Counted from the whole stretch's first letter, positions 39,401 through 51,846 are shown. The stretch is DNA of 63,527 bases, filler included, from Choristocarpus tenellus KU-1152 (GCA_964200185.2; 7 parts of 7 records of this genome joined end to end with filler, not necessarily neighbours in it), one strand, 5' to 3'. Made by a program: numbers and translations. Notes: generated by a model not told the origin, from the letters alone.

Positions 39401-40313
39401 CCAAATTTTTGAACTCATCAACAAACTTATACGCAGTGAACGCAGATAATACTCTGTAACGAATCAACAAGAGATGGTCTGCGACACGATTTGACAACCT
39501 TCTCCCACAATCCCCACTCGCAGATGTACGTCTTGGAAACTGATTTCAACGACAATAGCGACCGAAGGTGTTGAACGCATCTAATGCTCTATGACCCTTG
39601 GACAAGAGATGATCTGGGACATGATTAGTTGGAATTCTTCGTAACTACAATGTACCAAACATAAAAGATGTTAAAGACAGGCAGGCATATCCAACTTCTC
39701 CCCAATAACAAATCTGAGTTGGTGGAGTCTGAGGCCACTGAATCTATCGGACAACGTCCAAAATGTGTGACACTATCTGACTCACCAACATTTCTTGGAA
39801 GTGGCAGACAGATAAGGACGATAGCAAACAGGAAGGCAGCAGGAACCGAGATTTACCTCCAGAACTCCTCAGACTTGGACTGTCAACTAAGACATAGTAT
39901 CCTAGAGGCTTTCCATATAATTGTGGTGGTTGTGTGGGGTCAGGAGGATGTGAATCGACCTTTGAAAGATGCAACAATTAGGGAACTCTAAGCAAAAAAG
40001 ACTAATGGTGACTACGGAGTCATTCAATTGGTAGTATGTGCTGCTGAAAAATTGCTCCTTAAAGTTGTGCAAGACGACTGATTGACTATCTGGAGCAGGA
40101 AGATGCCCTACATGAGGAACATTTTGGTTTCCGACCTCAACGTTCCACACTGAACATGGCGTACACTATGAGTGTCCTAAAGTGTATTTATAAAAGTACA
40201 CCTGTACCTTACTATCCTGCGCTAAACTATACAAAGAGGGACGCGCTGAAAGTTTTCGATCGTAGTATATACCAGATTGGAGGGAGAAGGTGAAACGACG
40301 AGTGGTGGGATGG
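36430..40313 (-). CDS. Partial multi-exon hypothetical protein with one predicted transmembrane segment
   Basis: Phase-compatible GT-AG exons 40313-40213, 38315-37678 (most of the 215-aa ORF, ending EEQ|GTATGC), 36873-36857 and 36463-36430 (stop). Hydrophobic stretch VVWLYATFFAHTVLSFLGVVVIPIGL. No family recognised and the 5' end was not found. Confidence 0.4.
39520..40170 (+). pseudogene. Degenerate RTE-like LINE reverse transcriptase fragment (intronic)
   Basis: Across frameshifts it reads RTIANRKAAG..DLPPELLRLGL, ILEAFHIIVVVVW..KDATIREL, KLLLKVV, ARRLIDYLEQEDALHEEHFGFRPQRSTLNMAY, which match the N-terminal motifs of non-LTR RTs. Confidence 0.8.
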
Positions 40314-41983
40314 CTGAACCCAACGCGAGAGAAAAAATGGATGCATGCGCAGGGGAACGCAATTAAATGTAGTGGAACAGGTAGATCACAGGGGTAGAAG
40401 AAATAGGGCAGTGTGCAGTGTTTTCTGGTCACAAGTCAAGGGCCTAGGTAGGGAGGAACAAGTTCACGGAGTAAAGTGAGCAAACCATTTTACAGAATAA
40501 CAAGCCGGAGGAAGACAAAAACAAACGTACTTTTGTCCATATGATTTGTTGATCTTTGTAGGTTGTATGAGACTCTGTTGACCGTGATCTTCTGTGGACT
40601 CTAAATGCAAAATTCGCAATGCCTGCCAAGATTGGTTCATTCGTCAGCTTCACAATGGAATGAGATCGTGTGTAAACATGAATGATGGGAAATTGTAGGA
40701 CTGGTTCCAGTCAACAAAGCCCTCCATGAGGGGTGAGCCCTTGCTACCATCCTTTTCAATATTTTCTTCGCCAGATTGCTAAACCTAGTTCCACATGGTC
40801 AAATGTCTCCCTTCTTGTGGTCTGCCAAGGTTGGTCGCAGGAGTAGGATCTGGCTGTGTTCCCGATCCTGGCAGTTGAAGCGAGGGAAGGCATTCCCTCA
40901 GAGCAGTCCGTGCTTCGTGTGTCCAGAATCCGAAGTCTGGGCCGTGGCGAGGTCCGCCTGTGCCAGGATTCCCTGCAGACAGGCAGTAACGTATACACTG
41001 TTTAGGCTGAGGATAATATTGGCATCCAACCTTTCAAATGCCTGAGCATAGCACTGAATATAGGCATTTCACTGTGGTGACTGGTTGAACCTACGTATGG
41101 TTTGCTGTATTTATAGCAGTATGTATGTCCTGTTTTAATATGTCCACTAACATCCTACAGATATTGCGAGGGGGCGAGAATACAACAATAATGACAGAGA
41201 ATGTTGTTCTGTACTGCTTACAATGATGTTTGTGACATGCAGTATTAATAATCACTGAGGCCTGGCCTTCTGTCCCTCTATTGCACAGTATGATGAGGTA
41301 TAAATAATAAGTTGTGTGCTAGGCATGTGATTTGATGGCCAAGGGGGATAGTGAGAACCATCAACTAACTGTGGATGGTGGATGGAAACCAGTGAAAGCA
41401 ACAATGTAGGCGTCTCAAAGTGGCCATGTGTGGCCTTTGGTAAAATACCCTGTGATATCGTGCAGAGACTTGAAGGTGCACACTGTGTGAATGTCCCTCC
41501 AGGGACCACCAATTCTAGAGTACCACCAACAGAAACAGAGATAAGTGCAAGTTTTATGCATGAATGGGCACACCCATATAGTTTCACTGAAGGATAGCCC
41601 CAGAGAGGCCTCTCCCTAACATCCTCCCCCCTCCCATCACCACCACCATAGTGCGGACTGTGTCCGCACCCAATATTATAAAATGTTACTGGCCAGCGCT
41701 TCATCTTGGATGGTCCAGTGGGGGAGAATCATCTGGAGAGAAGTGGTTGAACCCCAGGAGATATCTGAAACACTGGATATAAATGATTTATACCCAGGGA
41801 TGCTTCGGCCAATGTGTTTGGGTCACAATCAGGTCACAATCCCTTAGACAATAAATGTGATGGACAACACAAGCCCTTCTTCTTCTCTGAAGTTGTGAGT
41901 TATGAGTGAAAGTATCTTAGAGGGTACGAGTTTTGCCCTGTTTGTCCATTTGGGGCTTGGCTTCCCATGGGCGTTTTATAACA

Positions 41984-42083
41984 NNNNNNNNNNNNNNNNN
42001 NNNNNNNNNNNNNNNNNNNNNNNNNNNTTAATTAATTAANNNNNNNNNNNNNNNNNNNNNNNNNNNNNNNNNNNNNNNNNNNN
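41984..42083. other. Artificial contig linker
   Basis: N44-TTAATTAATTAA-N44. Confidence 0.97.
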
Positions 42084-44712
42084 AATTGTTAGTCACAAAA
42101 AATAACATATTAACAAAATAGAAAAAAAAAAAGAGGTGAGAAGAACAACAATATAGCTGCTGATTCGTTTCATAACATAAAAATAAAAATAGAAATAGAA
42201 ACAAAAACACACACACACACACACACACGTGTGCACACACAAAATAAATAGCACCTAGCACATTGGAGCTAAGAAGGCAAGCGCCCCTTCAGGCATAGGG
42301 ATGGGAGTGGGAAAGGGGGGGGATGGGGGGGGGGAGGGGGGGAGTTAGAACCTGTTTGATACCATCATACTTTGAAACAAAAATACAGAGTAGTAGGTAT
42401 TTTTCTCCAGATGTGACTGAGGTACGGGGGGGTGAGCTTCACTTCGGAATTTAAAATATCTACTCGCTTGTCTTCATCAGTGGATGAATCGTAGATACTT
42501 TTTCAAGCGTCACAACAGTAGGCAGCATCCACTACTGCCAAACATGTTTCCTAGTGCCGATCACACATGAGGCGTGGAGACATCTATTGCCCTTTTGCTT
42601 TTACCCATCACACCAATATTATCTTCGCTGCAAATTATTACAACACGCCAAGGTTGTAGCTGCAGGGTATCACATGTCACAGTTTACTCTGACATTCCAC
42701 ATCATCACATACCACTTCCCACAAATCTCTCGCATTTTGTGTCTCTGCCTGTACTATACACACTACATACTTCAACATGCACTATACACACTATGTACTT
42801 CAATATGCACTATACACACTATGTACTTCAATATGCACTATACACACTATATGCTTCAATATGCACTATACACACTATGTACTTCAATATGCACTATACA
42901 CACTATATACTTCAACATGCACTATACACACTATATACTTCACACTATATACTTCAATATGCACTATACACACTATATACTTCAATATGCACCATACACA
43001 CTATGTACTTCAACATGCACCATACACACTATATACTTCAATATGTACTATACACACTATATACTTCAACATGCGTTTCGAGTCCAGAATTGTACTAACT
43101 AAAACCAATACAAATACCCCTCACCCTAACCCTTCCAGGCTTGAAGCCATCTTCGAATCCTCTCATCAAATACAGAAAAGAAAAAAAGGGAGTACATTCG
43201 AATGTAACCATAACGCCTCGGAATACATCGAATCAGGAAACGCATCAAGACCCACATACCAGCCTCCCACACCGCTACATACAGTTACTAAAACAAAAAA
43301 CAAAAACCAAGTCCTGTTGTCCTCACCTTCGTGCCCAACTAAAAAATTTCAACAGTAACAAAGGAGGCAGTTTCTCGTGACATGAATAGCCTCCCTCTAC
43401 AACACAAATCAATTAGCCCTAACACTACAAACAGCAGAAAAATCTTTAAAAAAAACGTTAATCATCTGTCGATCTAAGTAAAGTGCTCGCGCTACGCATT
43501 CGAAGCTTGGAGAGGAGCTCATCGGATGAAAATAGACTCCTGGTTGATGTGTACACAACATCCATACTCTCCCTCCTTCCACAATATCAACCACAGTTGT
43601 TACCACACACATTCCTCCGTCACCTGCTCTTTCAATTGGAAATCGAACACATGGTATTCTACTTACATACGTACACCAACGGTACCAAATGGCATCACAC
43701 CTTATGGAGCAATTAGCACGGTAGAGTACTAGGTGAACAGAAACAAGGTACATACACAGCACGCACTTTTTTTTCTTAAATAATATTTTTCCCGGAAAAT
43801 GCTACAATAGTGAGACACCTGTTTCAGCCAGCAAACAGTAGCATAGCCTTTATTTTGTTTTATTCAAACAAGAGGAAGAATAAAAAGAAAACAAAATACA
43901 TATATATATATACACTTGTTCTCCCTCGCCACTACTCTACATACTCAGTCGCCCACGGGGTCATCTCACTTCTTCCCAGCATCACGGAGGCGGTCCAGCA
44001 CAGCCGGCACTCCCTCAATAAGGCTGTCCCCTTTCCAGATGACACCATCACAGTCAAAGATGAAAACATCGGTCTTTTGTTCAACAACCGAGATGGATCG
44101 TATCAAGGAAGAGCAATGAGATGTGCAAACAGGCACACGCCGCACAAACACAGGCACACAAGAGGGTTGTATGAATGTATAGTGAGTACTAGTGCATGGA
44201 GTACTTGCCAATGGATCAGGAGCAAGAAGGTGGATACAGTTCAGAAAGTCTTGTACATTATGCATCAGTGGAGACGAGCGCTTCGAAACGCTTACTAAAT
44301 GGTGCAACTGCTTAGTACCGCATACCATGCCGTATCCTTGTTGGCACGCCGAACGATTTTTTTCGACTTGGGCAGATGTCACCAGTGCCCTGGTTATATA
44401 TATACCCTTGTTAGTCGTTGACCAAGCCAGGAAAACCATAAAAAAGAGATCCAGAAAGAGGGTATACATAAATATATATTTGCGCCTTTCCCATTGGTTA
44501 GAGGAAGGGGGAATTGGGAGCTCGCACTTCAACACTGCCCAGCACAACCCCTACTACGCGCAAATGTAATTGCTAGGTAACACAGCAATACATACGGGGC
44601 GGGGATGGGAAACCTACCTTATCAAGCATCTGCCCAGCTGGATCCGATAATCGCACAGAGTGCGCCATACGCATCCCTGTAGAACGCGATGCCGCTGATG
44701 GGGCAAGCCATC
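42084..44712 (-). CDS. PGP: Phosphoglycolate phosphatase / HAD subfamily IIA phosphatase, probably plastid-targeted (partial: 3 exons)
   Basis: Exon 44712-44618 reads WLAPSAASRSTGMRMAHSVRLSDPAGQMLDK. Exon 44073-43970 reads TDVFIFDCDGVIWKGDSLIEGVPAVLDRLRDAGK(K), with HAD motif I DxDGV. Exon 42106-42084 reads LFFVTNN (motif II) and is cut by the contig end. The signal-peptide exon was not confidently located. Confidence 0.85.
42751..43074 (+). repeat. 28-bp minisatellite, ~11 copies, in PGP intron
   Basis: Unit ACTTCAA(T/C)ATGCACTATACACACTAT(G/A)T, with one shortened unit near 42935-42950. Confidence 0.92.
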
Positions 44713-47599
44713 CTGCCGACACAACAATTTTAGGTTAGTAGAAGATGGGAATCTTGCTTGGATTTGATTTCAGGTCATGTAGGGTCCAAATCTAATAGTC
44801 GAGATTGGGTTCATGACGTGCGGTCTCTCCCTGTAGATGCATGGAGTACTGACACCAAAGCAAATCTGTTGAACATGACCTGATGTCTCTCCCTTCACCC
44901 CTTTCTTTCCTTGTGGAGCGTCATCGAAATGGTGTTGTAGAATTGTAGGAGGGTCCCAACAACAAACACATCCAATTCAATATTCTCCAATGTGATGGGT
45001 ATACGTCAGCAATCTCCTCGATGCAAAGAGGGATATCATTGGTTTGATTGGTGCCAATCGAGGACTTCAGCGATACCTATGTATCGCTAACAACTACATG
45101 ATACCAGTCTAGCCGGAAATCACGCAAAATCTAGACCAGGAGTGGACACAGCACAAAACGCGTAGCGGAAACTAGTCTTTTGAGTGAAGATCATTAATTA
45201 GTTGAGGCCATCCTTCTTGGGCCTAGATTGCGACAGGGACTGACACACCTCGACTTCCACCTACAGTTGAAGAACGGAATCTCGAGGCCACAGTCAGAAC
45301 GGATGGTGTACCCACTCGGAAGGCCTGAACCGACCCAGAGGCAGCCAAAAGGGGCACCACCCTTAAGAAGTTCTTCAATGCCATGGATGTACTTCAGGTA
45401 AGCCGGAACTCGTCCAGTACGGCAGTGCAATGTCCAGTATATTAGAGATGTCGGTAGGGTGCTGGGTTTACCCTGTGTGGGGTAGTTGGAGTCACGAGAT
45501 CTCTTCTAGAGTGTGCCCAATACTAGTCAAGGAACATGTGTACATGTACACTATTTAACGTACGTTTGTACTACACAAAAAAAAAACTTCCAAAACTGAA
45601 ACAATGTCCCACACTGAGACACGCCTATCAATGGGCGTGCTTGTTGGAGTTTATTACTGCTACTTGCATAACATTATATGGTTCGAACCCCTTCGACACG
45701 AAACTTCATTTCACAGAAATCCTTTTTTGGATTACATCTTATGCTATTCAATGTAGCAAACTCGACGGAATGTACGCCTGTACTATCCTGTCTGGGGCTA
45801 TACCACAAAACGCTGGGCAAAGATCCAGGTCGGAGTCGGTTCAGCAGAAGATTCGAGGAAAGAGAGGGAACGATAACCATTTGGATCTCAACCCAAGACC
45901 TGAGAAGAATAGAGGTAGTAACAAGTATATGCTCTAATCGACTCTGACCACAGGTTGGGATAACCCTTCAGTAATTATTACGTTCAATACAATTCAGTAT
46001 TAATTGAATCGCATTGCAGAATTTAGGGATGATGATGGCTTTGTTGTTTGCGAGAAAAACTGTGGTGGATTATGTTGTGCATCTAGCCACAGGTTGAGTC
46101 TTGGTCGGGTAGAGGTAGGGGTTAAGATACAGGCTATAGGTCTTGATGACGGTTTCATAAATGCCATTATGACCTTGAAGTCCTACATTTTATATATCTG
46201 TACTTCTTGACAATCTATTCATTATTTAGTAATTATTATGGTTATTGGGGAGGTACATCGTTCCCTAATTGCTTATATATACGATTATTGATATTATGAA
46301 GGGTATAATCGAAGCGAAAGATGGATATTTAGCATACTTGACGACTTAGCCATCATGGAGCCTTGTACGAACTTTATGGTCCACATACATTCTGATGGGT
46401 TGGAGCTGCATATCCCATCAAGGTAAGCTTGTTGAGCGTTTTGTCGCATAGGGGTCCTACCAAGATGTAACAGATACTAGCAGTACCATACTAAAAAGTG
46501 AGACACAATAACAATTACAAAACTTAGGTACCATCTTCTTGCCATGAAAGAGAAGAGGGTTCAAACTCCATGTGAGGCAGATCTCATCATAACAGTCCTC
46601 GCAAGATATACGAGGCTATACCCCACTTCGCAATATAAGCAGGATGGTCTCGCACCAAGTAGGGGTTGGCCAGATTAGAGATCTAAAGCCAAGCAAATGC
46701 CTACCAAGCATAGGAACCCTGCCCGTAAAATATGTATGCCATGTGGGGGGGAAATAGGCAGCACATAAGAGAACACAGCGAAAACAAGTAGACAGTACAT
46801 AGCAGAAGTCGTTGTGTACTGGTTTGGAAGTCGCCTTTTCTTGCGTTTAAATACCTACAACTGAAAATAAGTATCAATCCTGTAGTTCTTCAGTTCTTGC
46901 TAGGAAGGCCTTCACTGAAAGCAATGCCGACTCTCTTGTGGTTTTCGTTGTGTAGCTCTCCAATAACCTCTTTTGCAAAATGTCTGCGTATAAAGATTAA
47001 AGTATGTGTACTCCTAGGAACCACAGGCAGGTATGACGCGCAGGTCGAGTGTAGCACAATCTGATGCCAATTTGTCCATTGTAATCTATTCTTCATTCCT
47101 GTGATAGCAGGCTTTGACGCCCAATACCAACCCAAGACACAGTATTACTACTCTTCACATTAGCCAGTGGGGTGGCAAGACCGATTTCAATAGGTGGCAA
47201 GGGAAAGCACAAAAACAATACTGAAAGTAAAGAAATCCAGCAAGAAAATCCTTTGAAGAAGAAAAAGACAGGGAAAAAATCTCGATTTAACTCTAGAGAG
47301 CAGCCAAGGCCCCAACACTACTCACTAGCGCCTAATACCTGGAACCGAATGTCATTGACGCTACCAGCATCGCCAAAGTCGTACAGGAAAAAACAAACTC
47401 AGAGCCACATTCGGCCCATCCATGCCAACATCACTCATCAAACATCACAAACCGAAAAAAATAACACAAGATGAGAAACAAATGGCAAATGCAACGTTCA
47501 ACAGTTGTTACAAAGCGCTCCGTAGCTTACCTCCACAGAATGTGTGGGTCCAGTCCACAAGCCTGTGGATGGCGCTAATGCACACACAAGACGCTTGAG

Positions 47600-47735
47600 A
47601 TATACTGATAGAGCCTCATTACCAGGAAAAATGATGGTTGTCAGGTTAGCAAATGAAGGTATAGTTCCTTTCAAGGTGAGTGTACGACAAGGATTGAGAG
47701 CATGGGGCTGTTTCTGTCCACAAAATCTATTCTGA
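47600..47735 (+). pseudogene. Short RTE-like LINE RT fragment
   Basis: MMVVRLANEGIVPFKVSVRQGLR.G..CPQNLF resembles the RT motif VR..G..S..F.V..GLRQG..LSP.LF. Confidence 0.5.
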
Positions 47736-47799
47736 GTGGGTCGGGTTTTCAGATGTTGTACTATATCTAAAACCCTTTGCTTGTTCTAAGCTACAGATT

Positions 47800-48779
47800 T
47801 TACACGTGAACTATAACGAATTGAACTTTCCCATTTGTGGGTTTTGTGCGCACTCTTGCTGTTCGCACCAGTTAGAGCGCGAGAAGAAATACTTTTGCTA
47901 TTTGACTCTAACACAATCGGCGGGAATATAGTGCGTGGGCACACACCCCAACCTGCTTCAGTTCCTTTGGCTGCTGCTTTGGCATTATATACATCAGTTA
48001 TCACGGCTTTTTTCCGGCATGCCAATCGTCAATTTAGTACTTCGTTCCATCAACTACACCTATGTACAACTTGCCAGGATTTTCTGCCCTTGTACACCAC
48101 CTCTCCCACATGATCCAAACTTTCTCGAGGTTATCTTTGTGTACACAAATTCACCAGTGATTCTCCTGTCCGGCCTGGTTTGGTTTTTCCCCACATACTG
48201 TAGGCCAGTTCCTTAAATATCAGTAGCTTTGATAGATCCTCACTCCTACATCTGAAACTGACCCTTCAAGTAAGAGCCTCCATTTCACACGACAGAAGGC
48301 TAGAAACTGTCACACCAAGTCTATCAAGGCATCTTTATACGACAGGATGAGATTGACTCATTCCCACTTTCGAAATAGGATCCAGTGGAATTGTCAGGAG
48401 CTAGACTTGCTGGACCTGGTTAAGAGTCCATGTCGAACAACCATATAAGAGGACTGGCTTAAGGCTTTTCAACCCATCTCATGACCTTGGTGGTGATTTC
48501 AGTGTCATCGTTGAAGGTGTTTCAATAGGTAAGCAAACCTGCCATTGTGCTTGGATCTGCATTGTGTCTGCTGCCTTGTTGAGAGGTCAAAAGCGCATGT
48601 TTTCTGTTTCCAGGTCCGGCAGGCATGGTCAGCCCCAATGCTTTAGCCACAGGGTCAGTGCTGCACTCCTCAACCGGCTGTGTTTCACATAGCAGTGAAG
48701 ATGTTGAAGAGTGTGTGAGCAATAATCCACCCCTGCAAAGCCTTCTTCCTCAAAGACCGAAAGTATCTGGGAGGGGGGG
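47800..48779 (-). pseudogene. Degenerate RTE-like LINE, RT C-terminal half to 3' end, with internal deletions
   Basis: Minus strand across frameshifts reads QGWIIAHTLFNIF, LGLTM, FAYL, VLLYGCSTWTL, LILSYKDAL, L.FKEL, KPGR, ERWCTRAENPGK. Confidence 0.75.
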
Positions 48780-48879
48780 NNNNNNNNNNNNNNNNNNNNN
48801 NNNNNNNNNNNNNNNNNNNNNNNTTAATTAATTAANNNNNNNNNNNNNNNNNNNNNNNNNNNNNNNNNNNNNNNNNNNN
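48780..48879. other. Artificial contig linker
   Basis: N44-TTAATTAATTAA-N44. Confidence 0.97.
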
Positions 48880-49786
48880 TTTTTTTTTTTTGTTGTTTTG
48901 TTGTGTTTTGTGTGGTTTGTTTGGGGGGGGTGGGGGGGGGGGGGGATCGGCAGCTTTGTGCAACCACTGTGCTGTCTGTGGCCTTAAAAAAAATAATAGG
49001 AGAGTGTGGCGGGATTTGGGAGATACGGTTTGTCACAACTCCAGTCAACACTGATCAAGCAAATAAAGCACTGCGCCAGGCTACTATTATTATAATTGTG
49101 TTTTTTATTGAACTTTTTTTCTGTTTGGGAGTCATTTTTTATTTTCAGTGGATGTATTTAAGAATGCCAAGGAAATTGTTTATATTTTTTGTGTTATTGT
49201 TCCTACTTTGTTCCAAAAGAAAAAAAGATACGTTCTCATTGGGGTGGCAACCTCAAGGCAATTTCCTGACAAAGGTTGTTGTGCTGTTAGGACTAGAGTA
49301 GAGATATGAGATATAAATTGGCCCTGGAGCAGATATCTTTAGCTCCAGAGCAAATTATTTTGACTGTGCCCTGCTTTGTTTTTCTTAGGGAGTATCTGCC
49401 TGGTTGTGTGCAATTAATGTTATGCCTTACGAGTGTACGAGGACGAGTCAACCTTCAATATAATTTGTCAACACAAACGCCTGATAGGATGAGGATCAAG
49501 ACCGATAAAACAGCCTTACGTGCGCGGACCGCGTTGCTAAGGTTAGGCAGGCGTTGTGCATTATTGTGTGTGGAGGAGTTTGGGGAAAAGGGGGTAGGAG
49601 AGGGTCAGGGGCGCAATGTGTGGATGAACTGAACTTGAAAAATATATACAAAATTTCTGGCAGTATGTCGAGGTCTTTGAAGTGGAGGGGAAGACGACTC
49701 CGTTTCTGATTGGAGGTTTTCAAACAGACACCGTATCTTTGCTCTAATTCGAGGGGTCACAACCGGTAGCAATGCTGTCTGTTGAC

Positions 49787-49841
49787 TGAATGTATGTATT
49801 GAATGTATGTATTGAATGTATGTATTGAATGTATGTATTGA
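49787..49841 (+). repeat. 13-bp tandem repeat (TGAATGTATGTAT)x4
   Basis: Four direct copies visible in the sequence. Confidence 0.9.
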
Positions 49842-50092
49842 CAGCCTCTACATCTTTTTCGACCACAACTCATCCCTAACCCTTACAATCCGCAATCCGT
49901 TTTCTTTTTTATTTCTACGATGATGCACTTTTTTTGTTTTAGTTCTGCGGTCTGTCTTACCTGTCTCTTCTTCTTGTGTGATCCTCTTCATTGCATTATT
50001 TCATTACATTACTTTTTATTTTATTTTTTCTTCTACTCTCTTTTGGCCTCCCTCCCCCCCTCCCCCCTCCCCCCTCCCCCCTCCTCCGTCAG

Positions 50093-50544
50093 TTCACTTC
50101 GAAGGCGAGGTCCCCTGTCGCCGAGAATTCGCCTCCTCCGTCCCCTGAGGAGATCACACACAGGAGGACAAGAAGGATACCAACAACAGCATTGAGGACA
50201 CCTCAGACGTCTTCACCCCAAAGGGCAAGGACTAGGAGTAGGAAAATGGAGCCAGAAGAGAGATACTCTGTCAGCGATGTCAAGGCGACCGTTTCAACCG
50301 AGGTGCTCCAGGGCACCCCGGCACCGCCAAAGTCTACCGTGAGGAAGCGAGGGAGGTCTTCCGCTGTTGAGCTGGCCAGGTAGGGGAGAGGGGTGGAAGC
50401 ACTCAGACATGTGGTGATGATGGTATGTATGATGATGTGTGTTTAATGGTGACAATGCAGAGGGTAGATGTATGTACGGTGCCCTTTTAGGTGAGTACTG
50501 GGTCGTGTCCTTTGTGTGTGTGTGTGTGTGTGTGTGTTTTGTTT

Positions 50545-50580
<36 letters not shown>

Positions 50581-51093
50581 GTTTTGTTTTTTGTGTGTGA
50601 ATTGCTTTTGCATTTGTAGTTGTGATTGTTGTTATTGCTGTTACTGCTATTATTATTACTACGTGCTAGTTATTATTTTTTGTTTTATTGTTATTTGCCT
50701 CTTCGCAATGCTGCCCTGCAGTAACCCTAACCCTAACCCTAACTGGAGTTTACCGCTTCCTGCTGCGGTTGCAGGCATCAGGCTCAGCAAGAGGCGGAGA
50801 CTGTTGCATCAACGCGAGCAGCATCGCTAAGAAGTAGTAGAGTTGGAGCTGGAAAGAGGAGGAAGGTATGATGCGTGTCACACTCACCAGCATCAGAGGA
50901 GAAATGAGGATTTGGTGGGGAGGGGAGGGGGGGGGGATGCGTCAATCTAATGTTCTTGTTAGTATCTGATTTGAAGAGATTTGTGGTTTCTTGGAGGGCA
51001 TGCCAGGAATCTGTTGTTTGGCAGGTCAGTCAGTTCTTGGGTACAATAATGAAGTGGAGAAGGAGGGGTGTAGAGTATCAGACGGTACAATAG

Positions 51094-51139
<46 letters not shown>

Positions 51140-51576
51140 TTATTTTTTGGATGGGAAGACATGGGGCTGAGTTGAGCCTTTTCTTGGCAGGGTGTAGATA
51201 GGAGATGTATGGTTCATTGCTTGGCGTTGTCCATTGCCGCACTGTGATTGTGTGCACTATTGATACTACTTTAATTGTGGTTGATAGCAGGGGACAGTAT
51301 AAATTGTACTTTACAAGAGGGTGAGCTAAACAAAAGGTCCCAATGCAATTGCCTTGTTTGGTCATGGACTGTTTTTGTGCTCGTTGACCAGCCTATACTA
51401 CGTAGTACTTCTTAGACATGAAAGGGTGTTGTACCAACACATCCCTTCAAAGCACAAAGTTGTTGTTCGAGGGTGGGGTGGAGGGGAAATGTTCTTACAG
51501 GCTGAGACTTCCTTGAGCTTGCCCAGGTTAGACAGGAATCCCGCCCTGCCCATGCCCAGTGGCTCAAATGGGAGAG
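50093..51576 (+). CDS. Internal exons of a hypothetical basic, S/T/P/R-rich low-complexity protein (partial)
   Basis: Phase-compatible GT-AG exons 50093-50379 (FTSKARSPVAENSPPPSP...RKRGRSSAVELAR), 50775-50865 (HQAQQEAE...GKRRK) and 51501-51576 (cut by contig end). There is a long polypyrimidine tract before 50093 and NLS-like RKRGR and KRRK motifs. Confidence 0.55.
50722..50743 (-). repeat. Short intronic telomere-like (CCCTAA)n tract
   Basis: TAACCCTAACCCTAACCCTAAC. Confidence 0.7.
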
Positions 51577-51676
51577 NNNNNNNNNNNNNNNNNNNNNNNN
51601 NNNNNNNNNNNNNNNNNNNNTTAATTAATTAANNNNNNNNNNNNNNNNNNNNNNNNNNNNNNNNNNNNNNNNNNNN
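51577..51676. other. Artificial contig linker
   Basis: N44-TTAATTAATTAA-N44. Confidence 0.97.
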
Positions 51677-51846
51677 CTGAGTGAACCACGCCGCCACAGA
51701 ATCACACAATTCACATTGGCGACACCGGTGTCCTCAGAAATAGGGTGACGGGTCATTTCTGTTTGACCACGGACTCGAGATGCTGAACTCACGATCGAGG
51801 CAAAGACGTCGGGCACAAGAGCGCAAAAGTCCAAATCTGGCGCCAT
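51677..51846 (-). CDS. Probable first exon of a gene divergent from gatC (truncated by contig end)
   Basis: GC-richer ORF MAPDLDFCALVPDVFASIVSSASRVRGQTEM... open from ATG 51846 to the contig edge, preceded by an AT-rich ~214-bp gap shared with gatC. Confidence 0.4.

Noticed and set aside
40750-41983. ORFs of 70-150 aa at the end of contig 4
   Set aside because: No recognisable motifs or consistent splice pattern. Possibly decayed TE sequence, but unsupported.
42554-43358. Three overlapping 174-193-aa ORFs
   Set aside because: Produced by the 28-bp minisatellite on the antisense strand of a PGP intron.
43966-44547. 193-aa single-exon PGP ORF
   Set aside because: Only the last ~35 aa are HAD-like. 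The rest is intron read-through, and a better upstream exon exists at 44712-44618.
44760-47500. Candidate PGP signal-peptide exons and several 60-130-aa ORFs
   Set aside because: Candidates near 46700-46800 and 47330-47400 lack either an in-frame Met or the required phase-1 donor. The other ORFs show no recognisable homology.
47786-48025. Possible Copia RNase H fragment
   Set aside because: Lacks the diagnostic D/E/D and KHID motifs and is continuous with the RTE LINE 3' end on the same strand.
50516-50830. Cys/Val/Tyr-rich hydrophobic ORF
   Set aside because: Translation of (TG)n, (TAT/TGT)n and (CCCTAA)n microsatellites in an intron.
25679-51676. Recurrent TTAATTAATTAA palindrome flanked by Ns (six times)
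   Set aside because: Identical 100-bp construct at every gap: an artificial contig linker. Gene neighbourhoods across it (e.g. PGP next to gatC as a 'plastid cluster') and ORFs containing X runs are artefacts.
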